A stretch of 64,000 nucleotides of DNA from the NCBI RefSeq assembly GCF_018977255.1, contig NW_024704743.1:93436001-93500000 (forward strand). Reading direction: 5' to 3'. Numbering within the stretch: position 1 is the first letter of the stretch; every line of letters starts with the position of its first letter. The notes below the pieces were generated by a model that was not told where the DNA came from, searched no databases, and worked only from the letters and a program-made list of their open reading frames with translations. Of the stretch, positions 1 to 12,689 are shown piece after piece. This DNA comes from Callorhinchus milii. Lineage: Eukaryota. The position numbers and the translations under genes were made by a program.

Positions 1-424
1 AAATATGAGAAAAATAACATATCACTCTGTTTTGTGAAATTAACATTCACACGATGCCTAGAGTGAAATCTTCTTGTTCAGACGAATATTAGAATTCAGA
101 AACTGCAGAGTTTGTTCCATCACCAGTGCAGCCTGGAACAGATTATGACAGTTTTCATTGCTATAATGAAAATGCAGTATAACAGACCTCGGAAAAGATT
201 GCTTCATTTTAACTTTTTAATTAAGTATTTGGTTCATGTATAAGACCCAAAAAACAAATCACAAAACCATGCGAGGACAGTATTATAACATATATAACCC
301 ATTGCATCATTATCCAGAGGAAATCTACAAAACAATATTTTTTCCCAATGTAATCTAGAAGAGATAGCAAGATAAATAAATCCCTGTTGCGGCAAATATA
401 AGATGATTTAGAGGAAAGAGCAGG

Positions 425-560
425 GGCTTAGTGATTTAGTTGGTAGTATGCTTACTTCTGAGTCAGAATGTTGTGGGTACAAGCTCTGGGTTGAGACTTT
501 GAGCTCACAGTCTAGGATGTTTGTAAACCTGAGACCAGTGGAAGAGATTAAAAATAAAGT
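425..560 (+). mobile_element. DeuSINE-type old SINE, 5' fragment
   Basis: tRNA-like head 'agttggtagtatgcttacttctgagtcagaatgttgtgggtacaag' matches the heads at 27345, 56632 and (reverse) 9300-9375 and 16090-16155. Confidence 0.6.
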
Positions 561-610
561 ACTGCTTGGCTGCAGTTTCTAGCATTTGCACTTCTACAGA
601 CATAGCCATC

Positions 611-977
611 GTGGAATCCTGTAGCATATTGGTTAGAGCACTCACCTCACAAGCGGGAGGATCTGGATTCAATCTCCGGGCAGGGCAAAACATAAGGCAA
701 GTTTCCTTACTCCACATGCCTCTGTTTACCTAGCAGTAAGTAGGAACCCTTATAAGTCAATTGGCAGATCACTTTTCCAGGGATAATAAACCCTTAAAAA
801 AATGTGGTCACCCAATCCACAACTGTTTGTGGACACTGTTGTGTGGAATTGACTGCTGCGTTTAGCCCACAAAATATACAATCAACTCACTTTACAGTAT
901 ATTCTGTGAAGCGCTTTGAGACGTCTCAAAGATGAGATAAGGTGCTATATCAAATGCAATGATTATTATTATTATTT
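611..977 (+). mobile_element. tRNA-Ala-derived SINE with Deu-like core and L2-type tail (long subfamily)
   Basis: Degenerate A/B boxes, internal 'tctgtttacctagcagtaagtaggaaccc' block, tail 'gaagcgctttgagacgtctcaaaga...tatatcaaatgcaa' plus (TTA)n. Confidence 0.9.
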
Positions 978-1289
978 ACATCCATAGAGATATTTGAGGC
1001 TCAAAATTGTGTGATAAAATCTTAATGGGGGTAATTGGAAGAGAATGGAGGGGGACCAATGCACAGAAACTTCAGATTTTCTGTGAAATGTTTTTTGTGG
1101 TCATCAATAAGTTTGGGGGGTCAGCCAGGTGTCTGATACATGCTGAAACCCATCACCATGTTTAAGAGTATCCAAAACCAAGCTGAGATTTCCCTACAAC
1201 CCATTTACATATGGAAATCCCAGAGATAAATTGTTGGAATGGAATGCACACTCTCTCCCTGGAGGGATGCATCCTGCTTACCTAATTCA

Positions 1290-1800
1290 GGAAAGTATTA
1301 GGCTCGGGTTGGCAAGAGCCAAAGCTTGGAGACCCCAGAGTCTGCATTAGGGTACAGCTGGAGTCTAACCAGTTAAAACCAGATAGCTTGCCATTGATAT
1401 TGCTGCCTGGCAAGCTTTCTCACTGCTTGTCCAGCTAGCACCACCCAAAGTTAGGGCTTTGGCTTGCAGGGTTAACAGGAGCTGAGTGGGATGACTCCCT
1501 ACCCCCAGTGACTGGTCTGCAATTGCAGGTCCTGCTGATAAGCCAGGCTGGCTGTGTGGTTATCAGCAGTGCCCTGGAATACTGCGGATCCACCTGGCTC
1601 AGGAACCGGACTATCAAGACCACTACAGAGGACTGCCTCAATTCCAAGATTCCATTGCCAGGCATGTCACCTTGGTGCCAGCTCAGCTCCAAGGAGACCA
1701 TGTTGATCATCAGTAGAAGTGTGACAATGATACCAATGACTGATTGGTACTTATCTAACTGAGAGTGCACTTGTGTGTTGTAGATAGAGACTATTTTGCA
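1290..1800 (-). mobile_element. 3' region of old APE-RT-CCHC non-LTR retrotransposon
   Basis: Reverse complement aligns by eye with 30255-30385 plus 31716-32020, 44130-44430 and 61117-61235. Confidence 0.75.
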
Positions 1801-2273
1801 AAGGACACAACTATCCTAGCTTGGTCGTGTTTCAAAAGCAATGCACTTCATACATGAGGAGTCCATCATTATCAGGTCTCAGTTCACTTTGCTGACATTG
1901 GCCCAAGCTATACTGTATCACTGCACAATGAATGGACATACTAGATATGGTAATAATAAGTTATTTAATGTACCAATGTTGTGGATTGATAATCGTTACA
2001 GGACACAAATGTAACGTGACCTTCACTTTCTATTACAAACAGGAAAGCTTCAAATCTATCAGCAACTGAGATATCAAAAGAAAGTGCCTTCCATCCACAC
2101 CTAGACCTGAAGCAGAACAAATAACTCTATTTTCTTGTTAATTGGAGGGAATTTCCCGACACTCTGATGGCTTTATGTCCTTGATGTGTTTGGAAAATGT
2201 GTGGGGAGTACCTGAGTCTCCGCTATATGTTTGGATCTGCTTCCCCTCCAAAAAGTATTCTGCCACAAAACAC

Positions 2274-2368
2274 ACATCATCTGCACCGTGGAGAAAACTT
2301 GTGATTTTCCAGGTTCCGGTGAGTATCCTAGTCCCTCTGGGTTTGGCTAGGTAACATGAAGAGGAAGA
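2274..2368. repeat. 95-bp duplicated cassette, copy 1
   Basis: 10 mismatches and no indel versus 3639-3733. Confidence 0.95.
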
Positions 2369-3638
2369 GAATATTGGAAGAGGATCAAGTTCACATCAAT
2401 TCCCCATTGACATGCAAAACTCATGGTTAAATGAGAGGAATCCAGTACTAGCCAAACATTCCAATATGTCTCTAAAGAGGACAAGGTAAAGTGACTCCAA
2501 CATCATCAATTTCCAGGTGCTACAATACTATGCACAAACTTGCCTTTCAACAACAACTTGCATTTATGCAGCAATCTTCACATGGGGTAGCGTCCCGGAG
2601 TCCTACCTTGTGCTCATTCCAGCCATATATAGCATCAACAGACTGATAAATTGGTGAGCAAAGCCTAAAAACAGAGACTTCTCACAGTGCCTGCAGGTCC
2701 TAGCTACATCTACCTAAATGGTGCCTCATTGCTCTTAGGATTGCCTGGCAGTTTACATGCACGTGTGATACTTTTTTTATGTTGAAATAAAAGAACATGG
2801 AATTGCTTGAAAAAAATGAAATATTCTTGATTAATTTCTACTAAGATATAACCCATTTGTGAAGCCTCTTTCACTCCATCTTTCAAAAATTGACAAACAC
2901 ATTTCCCCTTATAATCAGTCCCTTTCACAATGCCCTTGACATTATTCAAACAATTCATCTTTTCGGTAATAAACACCTTTCCCACTATGCAGTAAAGCAT
3001 CACCAACTCTGCCAAATCTTAACCTTTAGTGATGTGGGAAATGCATGTTTTAAAGTGCTGTTATAAGCAACTTTGTATTAATTAAAAGTTATTTTCATTT
3101 GCCTAAGTTCAACTTTCTCAGTTGAGTAAAATGTTATTTGAAGTATATAGGATTTTTTTTATTGGAAAGACCTTAGCGCTAAGTGATTTTCACTTGTCTA
3201 CCCATTCCCATGACACTATTTGAAAAAGTTAAGAGTGTTTTTCCAAGCTTCCTGGTCAATAAACTCCCAGATAAAACTGGTCATTCTCTTCATAGCTGTG
3301 TGTGGGTCCATTGCTGAAGGCGAATTGGCTGCCACTTTCACCTACAAATACATCATCACTGCACTTTACAGTAAATCCCTTTGTAAAGTAATACAGAAAA
3401 GCACTTTGAAATGTTGTGAAGGATGCTATGTCGAGTGCAAGGATTATTAATCACATTGTTACTATTATATGAGCATGTGAACAGGAGAAGGCCATTCAGC
3501 TGAAAGAGCCTGCTCTGACACTATATGACACTTGCTGATCTTTTATTCTTATTTCTCTTTTGTTCATATTATGTTATGCTTACTTCCAAATTATCCAGCA
3601 GTCTCCCTTGTAAGCATCCTGATTCATTCTGCCTTTGG

Positions 3639-3733
3639 ACATCATGCTCACCGTGGAGAAAACTTGAGATTTTCCAGGTTGCAGTGAGTATCCTAGTGCC
3701 TCTGGGTTTGGCTTGGTAACGTGAAGAGAAAGA
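3639..3733. repeat. 95-bp duplicated cassette, copy 2 (inside a CR1 fossil)
   Basis: Same sequence as 2274-2368, with CR1-like sequence on both sides. Confidence 0.95.
3652..3711 (-). other. candidate 60-nt exon
   Basis: Minus strand ttctcttcacgttaccaag|CCAAACCC...CTCCACG|gtgagc. Open in two frames (KPRGTRILTATWKISSFLH or PNPEALGYSLQPGKSQVFST). No homolog recognised. Confidence 0.25.
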
Positions 3734-5134
3734 TGATGCATTCCATATTCCTACAATGTTGAGTGTGAAGAAATGTCATCCACTATCTAGCTTGTCAATT
3801 CACTTTATTATTTTAGACTCCTCAATCAGACCACCTCTTAATCTCCTCAGGTCTAAAGAACATAACTGAAGATTTCTCAGTCTCTCAGTGTATTAAACCC
3901 TTTTAATTCCATGTATTAATAAACCAAACCATGCATAGTTAACATTTCCTTCTGAAGAGTGGGTGTCCAAAACTGAAAACTTGCTACAAATGAGAATTGG
4001 CCAGCGTGCTGAACAACTGGAGCAGCATTTCCTTTATTTTATCGTCCAACAATAACAACAACAAATTACATTTATATAGTGTCTTCCACGTCAGGAGGAT
4101 GTCCCAAGGCGCTGGACAGTCAGGGATTCAGATCCCTTGTTATGCAGCCCAGTACCTATTAGCTTTATTTATTGTTTTCTGCACTCAGGAACTAGATTTT
4201 ATGGATCCCTAAATCTCTTTGTTCATCTACTTTTCTAAAAACTTCCTCTTATCTACCGTTCTTGTGTCCAAGTGTACTATCTCACAGTTTGTTATCTGCC
4301 GTATCTATGTCTACAAACTCAATTCATCTGTGTCCTTTTGCAATTTTCTGCTGTTTTCTCCACAGCTTTGTGTCATCAGTACACTTGGAAGTACTCCCTT
4401 TCTATTCATATATCCTGCATGAAGGATGTTACATAACAAGTGGTTGTTTTCGTTATTGTCCTTGTATTTTTTGCAGTGTTTTCATCATGGTGGACTGATG
4501 TGATTTCATAATGGAAAATTTTTGAAAATAGCTTGGAATAATGGCAAATCTCAAATGTGTCATGACACTATGTCATATTGGTCCAGGGAATGCAAAGGAT
4601 CTAGGACAGAAAGTGTGGCGATGTGTTCACCAGTAAACTTTCAATCTGTGGAAAAATATTTAAGACCAAAGGCAAACAGGCACATTTTGAAACATTTTGT
4701 TATTAACGTGGTAGCCTATACATTAACCACATTACACTGCTATGGAGTCACAAGGCACCCATAGAGGCATAGAGTGACAGGAAATTAGAATAACGGTGAC
4801 TTAGAATTGACTTGGATAATTCATATATTTTTTAATAGATATCATCACAGTTTACAACTGGACTATAATTGTATGGTATTTTCATCCTTGGTTACCACAC
4901 TTTCCATCGGGATATTTTAGGTTTGGGCGATTATGTGGACAAATGAAATGGACTGTAAAGGAGATTAAAAGTATTAAGATTAACCATGCAAATTATATAA
5001 AAGCCTGATGCGTAACAGAGTAAAACACAGAAAAAAGTTGCAGAATCAAGTCTTGTAATTGGGAAACATTCATTTAAACAATGGAGAAAAGATAAGTTGT
5101 AATACCTGGAAGCAAATTTAGGGACAGGGAAAAT

Positions 5135-5330
5135 GAATGGTGGGAACTGTGTAATGCGATAGGTTAAAACTCTATTCTTTCATCTTTGTACCCTGAGGTT
5201 GAATCCAGCTCAGACAGATAGGTTATAAATTTCTACTTTCAGCTACAAACATCCTGCATGAAATACCTTTGAGAATTGTCAACATACAGTAGTTCTTAGT
5301 GGGTTTTAATGTTTTTGATGATTTCACTTG
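5135..5330 (+). mobile_element. LF-SINE-like ancient SINE fragment
   Basis: 'tttcatctttgtaccctgaggttgaatccagctcagac...gcatgaaat...cagtagttcttagtgg' resembles the LF-SINE head and core as I recall it. Confidence 0.4.
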
Positions 5331-5429
5331 CAAGAGAATACAATAGTTCCCACAAGCAAAATCCTTACCCACCTGGCCACAATCTCTACCTTATTGTCAT
5401 TAGGCTTTTGCAAAACAATGAAAACAAAA

Positions 5430-5990
5430 CATCAACAAATTACACATGCAAAGTGCCTTTCATGTCAATAAGACGGCCCAAGGTGCTAGACAGTCAGGGA
5501 TTTGGACATGAACTGGGGATTGGGAACAGGAAGAGGGCAGGGAGATAGCAATCAAAGAGGAGGATCTTGAGATGTACTTTGAAGTAGGCAAGGGACAGGG
5601 TGAGGCGAAGGGCCTGTGAGATGGAGTTCTAAAGGGTGGGGGCAGAGATTGAAGGCCCGTCCGCCTATGGGGGGGGCAGGCCAGGCAGGGGATATGGAGC
5701 AGGGGCCAGAGCTAAGAGAGCAGAAAGGTTCATGCTCGGTTAGTAGGTCACAGAGAAAGGGAGGAACAAAGCCGCAGAGGGTTTGAAAGCAAAGACGAGG
5801 ATTTTGAACTCTATCCCCTGAGGGATGGGGACCAATTGAATCGGGGCGAGGATGAGGGTCATAGGATCAAGCAGGTTGATGAGGGAGTGGACACAAACTT
5901 CAGAATTCTGAATGATCTACAGCTTGTGGAGGGAAAAGTTGGGAAGACCAACTGGCAGAGAGTTAGCGAAGTCAAGCGAGATGTGATGAA
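5430..5990 (-). mobile_element. L2 LINE 3' fragment
   Basis: L2 tail (reverse of 'ttggg...gacatgaaaggcact'), C-rich 3' UTR and ORF2 C-terminal remnants (LQIIQN). Confidence 0.85.
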
Positions 5991-6904
5991 TTGTACTCTC
6001 CACAATTATGTAACACTGTTTAATTTTCCCACGGTTTTTAAATGGTCTCCTTCCATGCTACAAGTTTAGAGATTTAAGAAAACTATTAACTTTATTTACC
6101 AAAGAGAACACAAACGCAGTAAAACACAGGCTCAAGCAGTACTAATGGTTCAGTATATTGAAAAATCAATGAGGACGTCCTTGGCACATAATTTGCTCTT
6201 TTAAAACAACTTCAGTCATTAGTTTGAAAGCTTTTTCACATGCAATAAGTGATTTTCTTTGGTCTCACTTTCTCCTGCTCAAACTGTGGGCTGTTAGATT
6301 GTGTGGTGAATTCCTGTTTCTCTCGAAAATAAGATGAAATCTCTCCTCTTGCTGTCATTCTTACATCAAGAGAATAGAAATCACACAAAGTGCACTTTAC
6401 AAAGATATTCAGGTAAAACATGCTGAGTTTGCTAAGGCAAGTGCACAATTCATGTTACATTATTTGGAGGGCATGTTGACACCTTTTCTGTTGACACTTC
6501 AGTTAACAAAATATGAAAGTGAAGTCCTGAAATTGGGGTGAAATTGTCCAGTGGATATGAGTTAAAATATCTCATTAAGGCCTATTAAGGTGTTGTTACT
6601 TCAGCCTTGGGTGACTACAGTTTTCCCACAAATGGAATCTGAGCTAAGAGATACCTGTGAGAGCACAGGCGGAGTACTACATCATACAACCATTTGTGAA
6701 ATGAGAAAATTACATTCACACAAAAACTGCTGTAAAACCAAACGTTCTGCAACCAATTACGTTTTGCATCCTAAAAGTAATGTTCTTTATGGTCCATTGA
6801 AAAGGCTGAGTGTCATGTAATGCTAATGAAAGCCTGGAATGGCACAGCATATAACTACTGTTTTTGAGACATTTCAGCATTTATAGGCTCTGTATCCATT
6901 ACAA

Positions 6905-7530
6905 TCGTAGACTCATGCAGCACAGAAAGAGACCATTCGGCCCATCAAGTTTGTGTCAGCTCTTTGAAAAGAGCAATGTAATGTCAATCCCCCTCCCCAA
7001 CTCTTTCTCCATAACTCTGCAAACCTGTCCTCCTCAAATACCCGTCCACCGCGTTTTTAAAAGTAGTTATCGAATCGGTCTCGACCACCCTTTCAGGCAA
7101 TGCGTTCCAGATTCAAACAACTCGCTGTGTGAAAAAATTTCTTCTCACCTCCCCTCTGCTTCTTTTAGATACTATTTTGAATCTGTGACCTCGAGTCACT
7201 GACACACCCACCAGTTGAAACAGTTTTTCCCTTTCTAACCTATCAAATCCCCTCATGATTTTGAAGACCTCTATTAGGTCTCCTCGTAACCTTCTCTGCT
7301 CCAATGAGAATAATCCCAGCCTCTCTCGCCTTTCCTCATAATCAAGGTCCCTCATTCCTGGTACCATTCGTGTAAATCTCCTCTGCAGCCTTTCCAATGC
7401 CTTAACATCCTTCCTATAGTGTGGTGCCCAGAACTGGGCGCAATATTCTAACTGAGGCCTAACCAGTGTTTTATATAGGTTAATCATAACCTCCTGACTC
7501 TTGTACTCTATGTCGCTATTTATAAAGCCT
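6905..7530 (-). mobile_element. CR1 LINE 3' end, ORF2 C-terminus
   Basis: ORF 7113-7487 LYKTLVRPQLEYCAQFWAPHYRKDVKALERLQRRFTRMVPG...RRLRGDLIEVFKIMRG is the canonical CR1 ORF2 C-terminus, followed by the CR1 3' UTR. Confidence 0.97.
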
Positions 7531-8807
7531 TACAAGGATTATTGTTATTATTATGTTATTATAGTTTAAATCACTCTGTAGAGGTAGTTTCTAAGGGAGT
7601 TTCAGTGATGAGTCAGTCTGACCAATAACACTGCCACGTTACATATGAATGGATCTTGCTTTTCTTAGCGGTCTGGGACGCTACCGTGCGTGAAGGGCCT
7701 ATATAAATGCAAGTTGTTATTGTTCTTAGTATGTCTAAGGTTCCTAACATAGCTACTTTTTTTTTATAAAGGTTGATATTTTGTTTACCATGTATTTCGT
7801 CAAACCATTTCTGAATAGTCTTATTAACAGTCCCAGTTGCACCAATGATTATAGGAACTATGTTTGTTTTATACTGTCACATATGTCCACATTCAATTTG
7901 TAGATCAAGATTTTTCCTGATATTCTCTAGTTCTATATTTCTTACGTTATAATCACTTGGGACGGCCATATTAATATTATTATTATGCTAAAGCAGCTTT
8001 CAAGCGACTACAGGGGATAGAGTTAGTGTATCCCAGTGGTACATTTCAAATCTTTTACTCAAACTTGCTAATGGCAGTAATGTGACAGGAATGATTCTTT
8101 TCCATTGCCAGGCATTGCAAGAGTGCAAGGAGTTATTGAGTCCAAATGTGTGAGTGTCAGTCTGAAATGTAGTTTCTATAACAGAAAAGGCTGTGATGCC
8201 ATCAATATGTAGATAATAGTGGACAGTAACAAAAAATGAATGTATGTCAATGCCCAGTGTTCAAGGTTATATCATAATTCATTGATATTAGGGGTCTGCA
8301 GAAGTTGGTGATTTATTTAGTGGGGAGTCATTGGGAATGTGGACCATGCATTAATTCTCTGATCCATGAACCTCGATATGTTTCTAAAGCCCAAATCTGA
8401 GAGATGCTATAATAAGATTATACATCAATCAATACTATTTATTATGGAGGACACATTTGGCATTTTAAAACAAAGATGCTGTTGCTTTGATTATTTTGGA
8501 GGTTACGTTGCAATATACACAAGAAAGCTGTAAAATTAATTATAGTTGGGTGTGTGTTCCACAACAACTTTGGAAATAAATAGTATGGTATAAGACAGTG
8601 CAGTACTTAAAGAAGCTTGAGGGTGGACACTTGGGGAAAGAGAGAAAGATCTACCAAACTAAAACATGTCTTACCAGGAAATGTCTTGCAATATAACAAT
8701 GGGGTTTAAATAATATAATAAATAATAATACTCCTTACATTTGGTACTGTGCCTTTCATGGCAGGAGAAAGTCCTAAAGCACTTTGCTCACAGCAATGTC
8801 ACACAAA

Positions 8808-9125
8808 TAATAATAATAACCTTACATTAGATATAGTGTATTATCACGTCTTCGAGACGTCTCAAAGCGCTTCACAGAATATACTGTAAAGTGAATGACT
8901 GTATATTTTGTAGGTGAAGCAAGGCAGCCAATTGCACACAGCAGTGTCCCACAAACAGTCGTGGATTGAGTGACCAAATATATTTTTTTGTTTGTTTTAA
9001 AGGGATTATTACACCTGGAAAAGCCATTCATCAATGGATTAATAACTGGATTACGGCTGGGTAAACAGAAGCATGTGGAGCAAGAAAATGGACCCAACGT
9101 TTCGCCGTACCCGGGAATCGAATCC
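8808..9125 (-). mobile_element. tRNA/Deu/L2-tail SINE (long subfamily)
   Basis: Reverse of the SINE core and tail 'gcgctttgagacgtctcgaagacgtgataa' plus (TTA)n. Confidence 0.9.
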
Positions 9126-9139
9126 AGTTGCAAAACAAA

Positions 9140-9375
9140 TTTTATTTGGGGGATGTTTGTCAAGGATGTGGGAGAAACTCCCTTTTCTTTTTGGATAATG
9201 CCATGTGACCTCTAGCATCCACCTGAACAGACAGACAAGCCCTTGGTTTAACTTGAGTCTCATTTTGAAGGACAGCAACTCCAACAATGCAGACACGTGG
9301 GTTCCAAACTGGGGTTTGAACCCACAAGCTTCTGATTCAAAGGCTAGACTGTTACCAACTGAGCCAGGCTGACAT
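9140..9375 (-). mobile_element. DeuSINE-type SINE
   Basis: Reverse reads 'cagcctggctcagttggtaacagtctagcctttgaatcagaagcttgtgggttcaaacccc...ctgttcaggtggatgctagagg', i.e. head plus Deu domain. Confidence 0.75.
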
Positions 9376-9519
9376 AACTCAAGATCATTCATAAAGAAAA
9401 TGACAGCAAAAATAGTAATATTGTGCTGGAAAACCCTCCTTGGGATGTAAAGTACATCTCCTCCAGGAAACATTGTATACAACATACCAAACCACCAAAA
9501 CTGGCTCTGACCTGAGTGC

Positions 9520-9755
9520 ATCTTGGAGCTAAGCTCTTGTGGACCCTCTCAGAGTAATGTATCTGGGGTCCCTGGAGGAGTTGCCCCCTCCCTTGCCTCC
9601 TTCAAGGCTCGTCTCAAAACCTTCCTCTTTGACCACTTCGTCCTGCCCTCCAGGATTCAACCCCCAGCTCAGGTGCACATCCTTGACTGTCCAGCGTTTT
9701 AGGACATCCTCCCGACAAAGGTGCTTGTAAATGTAATTTGTTGTTGTAGTTGTTA
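9520..9755 (+). mobile_element. L2 3' fragment
   Basis: 'ccttcaaggctcgtctcaaaacc...ggacatcctcccgacaaaggtgct...tttgttgttg'. Confidence 0.85.
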
Positions 9756-11283
9756 TATCCCAAGGTTTCCCAGCTCGATCCATTATTTACATTGTTGTTT
9801 TCCCAATGAGTGCTTTTCAATTCCCAGTGTTTACAGATTATATCTTTGATTATGTTTTTGGGACACGTACTTTGATTGAAATGCTGTTTTTAACCATCGC
9901 ATTTAATTATACATTTCAAATAGACAAAACTTACATTTCTAAAAAAAATTCCAAATGTGAATCTACAAGTTACATTTTTTTACAATATAAAAGTACTATA
10001 ATTTCACATAAACTATTCGTATGTGCATGTTTGCATTTAGCATTTTATTTCTGTACCTGTCTGTGTGATGTCTACAAGTATGCTCATGCTCTCTTACGCT
10101 TTGTAGTGCATGTGCTCACTGTCAAATGTTCGTGCAATGCACACATTACTTGATGATCTCCTAGACAATGCGGGTGTTTCAGCAATCAGTGTGTCCATGG
10201 AAGTAGATGCACAGTTACTCCAGAGGCACAAAGGGAGTAAATGGAATGGGATTTCACTTGCACAGTTACAATTATGCCACTGCAGATGGGTTTCTACTAC
10301 AAAGGCTCAGTCACCTGTATGATCATGTGAAGCACTTTGAGATTCTCAACAATGTGATAAGGCACTATATCAAATGCAAGGATTATTGTTATAATTATGA
10401 GCATAAAGGTCTGAGCTTCCACAAGGCTTTTGAATCCCACCTTCATAGAAAGAACTGACCATGATTCCAGGTTTGGGATCCTGCAGCAATTGCAATCTGG
10501 ATCTCCATGACTGTTGTTTAATCTCTATACACTACATTACAGTTCTACCACTCCTGCTCACAATATAGTGAGTGGCACTGAAGATGTCACTTTCTTGTTG
10601 GGAGGTTGCATGCATATGATGTCCATCCTCGGTACATAACTATCTGTTCATCTCACCTAAAATCAGATATGTCACTGGAAGTCTGTGAGATGCATTCCAA
10701 CATAGTACTATTATCTTCCAAAAAGGAATGAATGTCTATTTTTCATGTGGCAAATTCTTTACCTCATTTATCAACCTCTTGCTAAACCAGGCACCTAGAA
10801 GATTAGGTCACTATTGAAGGCTAAGGAGTACTGGCTAGACAGTTGGATCCTCTGTAGCTGCAACACTTTACTCACCCTATTCATTCAGCCCATTTATGAC
10901 AAAAGCAAATGATCGAACCTCATAGTGATAGATTGAGTGTGTAGGACCCGCACAACGAGGTATCTGTTTCACTGCACTTCCTTCTCATTTTCTTTTCTCT
11001 TTATGTATCGTAAATTAATTTGGCTGCATATAGAGGTTAATAGGGAACATCTGTAGTAATGCCTTTGTCTGGTGTGTTTTGCCTTCTCCTTGCGTGTTCT
11101 GCAAACAGTGAGAGAAATGCAGCTCTGACGACTTAATTTAGGTTTCACGTCTGTGCCTGAATAGAACAAGTCAGATTGGCAGGATTCCTTGGCCTCTCCC
11201 TGTCCATCATATCCGTTGCAGTCTGGAATAATGTGATTCTCAACAGTGAGGAGTGGACACCAGTTCCTTGAATAATCAATGTA

Positions 11284-11582
11284 AACAACAACAACAAGAT
11301 TACATTTGTATAGCACCTTTCACGTCGGGAAGACGTCCCAAAGCGCTGGACAGTGTACAGCATCTCAGACCCGAGCAGGGGTCAGGCAGGGAGAAGGGAG
11401 GGGAGGGGAAGGGGGGTGGCCGATGGCATGGTCAAAGAGGAGGGTCTTGAGGCGGGACTTGAGGAGGCTAAGGAGGGTGCGAGGCAGAGTGATTGGGGGA
11501 TGGAATTCCAGAGGTTGGGGGCAGAGTGGCTGAAGGCTTTCCCGCCAATGGTGGGGTGGGTGGGTCAGGGGACATGGAGCAT
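11284..11582 (-). mobile_element. L2 3' fragment
   Basis: (CAA)n plus reverse tail 'agcacctttcacgtcgggaagacgtcccaaagcgct' and G-rich 3' UTR. Confidence 0.92.
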
Positions 11583-11792
11583 TCCACAAAAATATACTGT
11601 GCCTGACATTTGGCTGTGGACACCCAACTGTTTTTTTTCTTGGAATTAAATGTTACACAAACATTTTCAAAGCTGGAATGTTTTGCATTGTTTACACCGG
11701 GATTTTCTGCTTGTGTTCAGAGGATTGGTTGAATCAGAAGCTGTACCCTGCATTGTGACAGTGCAGCATACCTACCATCATGTGTGTCTTAC

Positions 11793-11853
11793 CAGACCAG
11801 ATACTGGAGCAAACAAAGGGTTACCAATACTGGCAATGGTGAGTTTACCTTTC
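11793..11853 (-). other. candidate 61-nt exon
   Basis: Minus strand aattaacttccag|GAAAGG...GGTCTG|gtaaga. Open frames KGKLTIASIGNPLFAPVSGL or KVNSPLPVLVTLCLLQYLV. Unique sequence, no homolog recognised. Confidence 0.25.
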
Positions 11854-12319
11854 CTGGAAGTTAATTAAGAATTTTGGCTCTCCTCGGCAGATCAAAACTA
11901 GAGAACAAATATTAATTCAACAAAACTTAGAAGCTGCTCTAAGGTTTATAATTTGCAATGGGACTTCAGTACTTTACTTCGGTAATTTCAAAGATAGTGG
12001 CAATCTGGTCTGACGAGGAGTTCACTTGCCAACCAACCAGTGCTTATTTTCACCAGTGTAGAATAACATAAGGAACGCTTTACAAAACCGCAAATTTTAT
12101 TCCTTACTGTTAAATTGGGCAACCAGCAATCTTATCCATAAATAAAAATGAAGTGTGTAGCTTTTGATTAAAGTTAATAAATTGTACATACACCATCCAT
12201 TCTGTGCTCCATGTTATCTTACAGCAGCCTGAATTTACTTTGTTGTTGGATATTTTGATAGCCTTCCAATTACTGGATAAAACTCAAACAAAATAATGGG
12301 AACCATAAGGACGTATTAC

Positions 12320-12620
12320 AAAGATCTGATTGCCCATTTTCCTTCACACTTTTAATTACAGAATTCTGGCCAGAATGCTTGCTGTGAGATTAGAAAAGCT
12401 GCTTTGGCCTGAATGAGTCCAGAATTTATGGGCAGATTGCCAACAAAACAACAGGCAATGTCTTCTATTGAGACATCTTCTTGTAGCCGAAGCTCTCATG
12501 CCACAGTTAGCATGCAGCCATGGCTGAGGATGACGATAAGGCTTTTGACCATATGGACTGGGATTATTTCTGCTTCATAAAATAGGCTTCACTTTCAGGT
12601 TTATTAGTCTTGTGTAATTC
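12320..12620 (+). mobile_element. L1/Tx1-clade RT fossil
   Basis: Translates to YRILARMLAVRLEKLL...GR...DKAFDHMDWDYF, compared with the L1 RT motifs DYKILAKILA.RL and D.EKAFDRVEW.YL. Confidence 0.65.
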
Positions 12621-12689
12621 ATATTACCAACCAACTGCTTCATCCCATTACTCCTAGACTGACCTCTGCTTTTAACTTAGTAATGAAAG

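Larger units (their letters stand above)
3470..4400 (-). mobile_element. old CR1 LINE 3' fossil (interrupted)
   Basis: 'aggagaaggccattcagc', 'cattccatattcctacaatgttgagtgtgaagaaat', 'cctcttaatctcctcaggtctaaaga' and 'gggtgtccaaaactgaa' are degenerate versions of the CR1 at 6905-7530. Confidence 0.7.

Noticed and set aside
82..183. terminal coding exon on either strand (TNIRIQKLQSFVPSPVQPG... or NENCHNLFQAALV...)
   Set aside because: Short, at the window edge, open on both strands and with no recognisable homology; cannot be supported.
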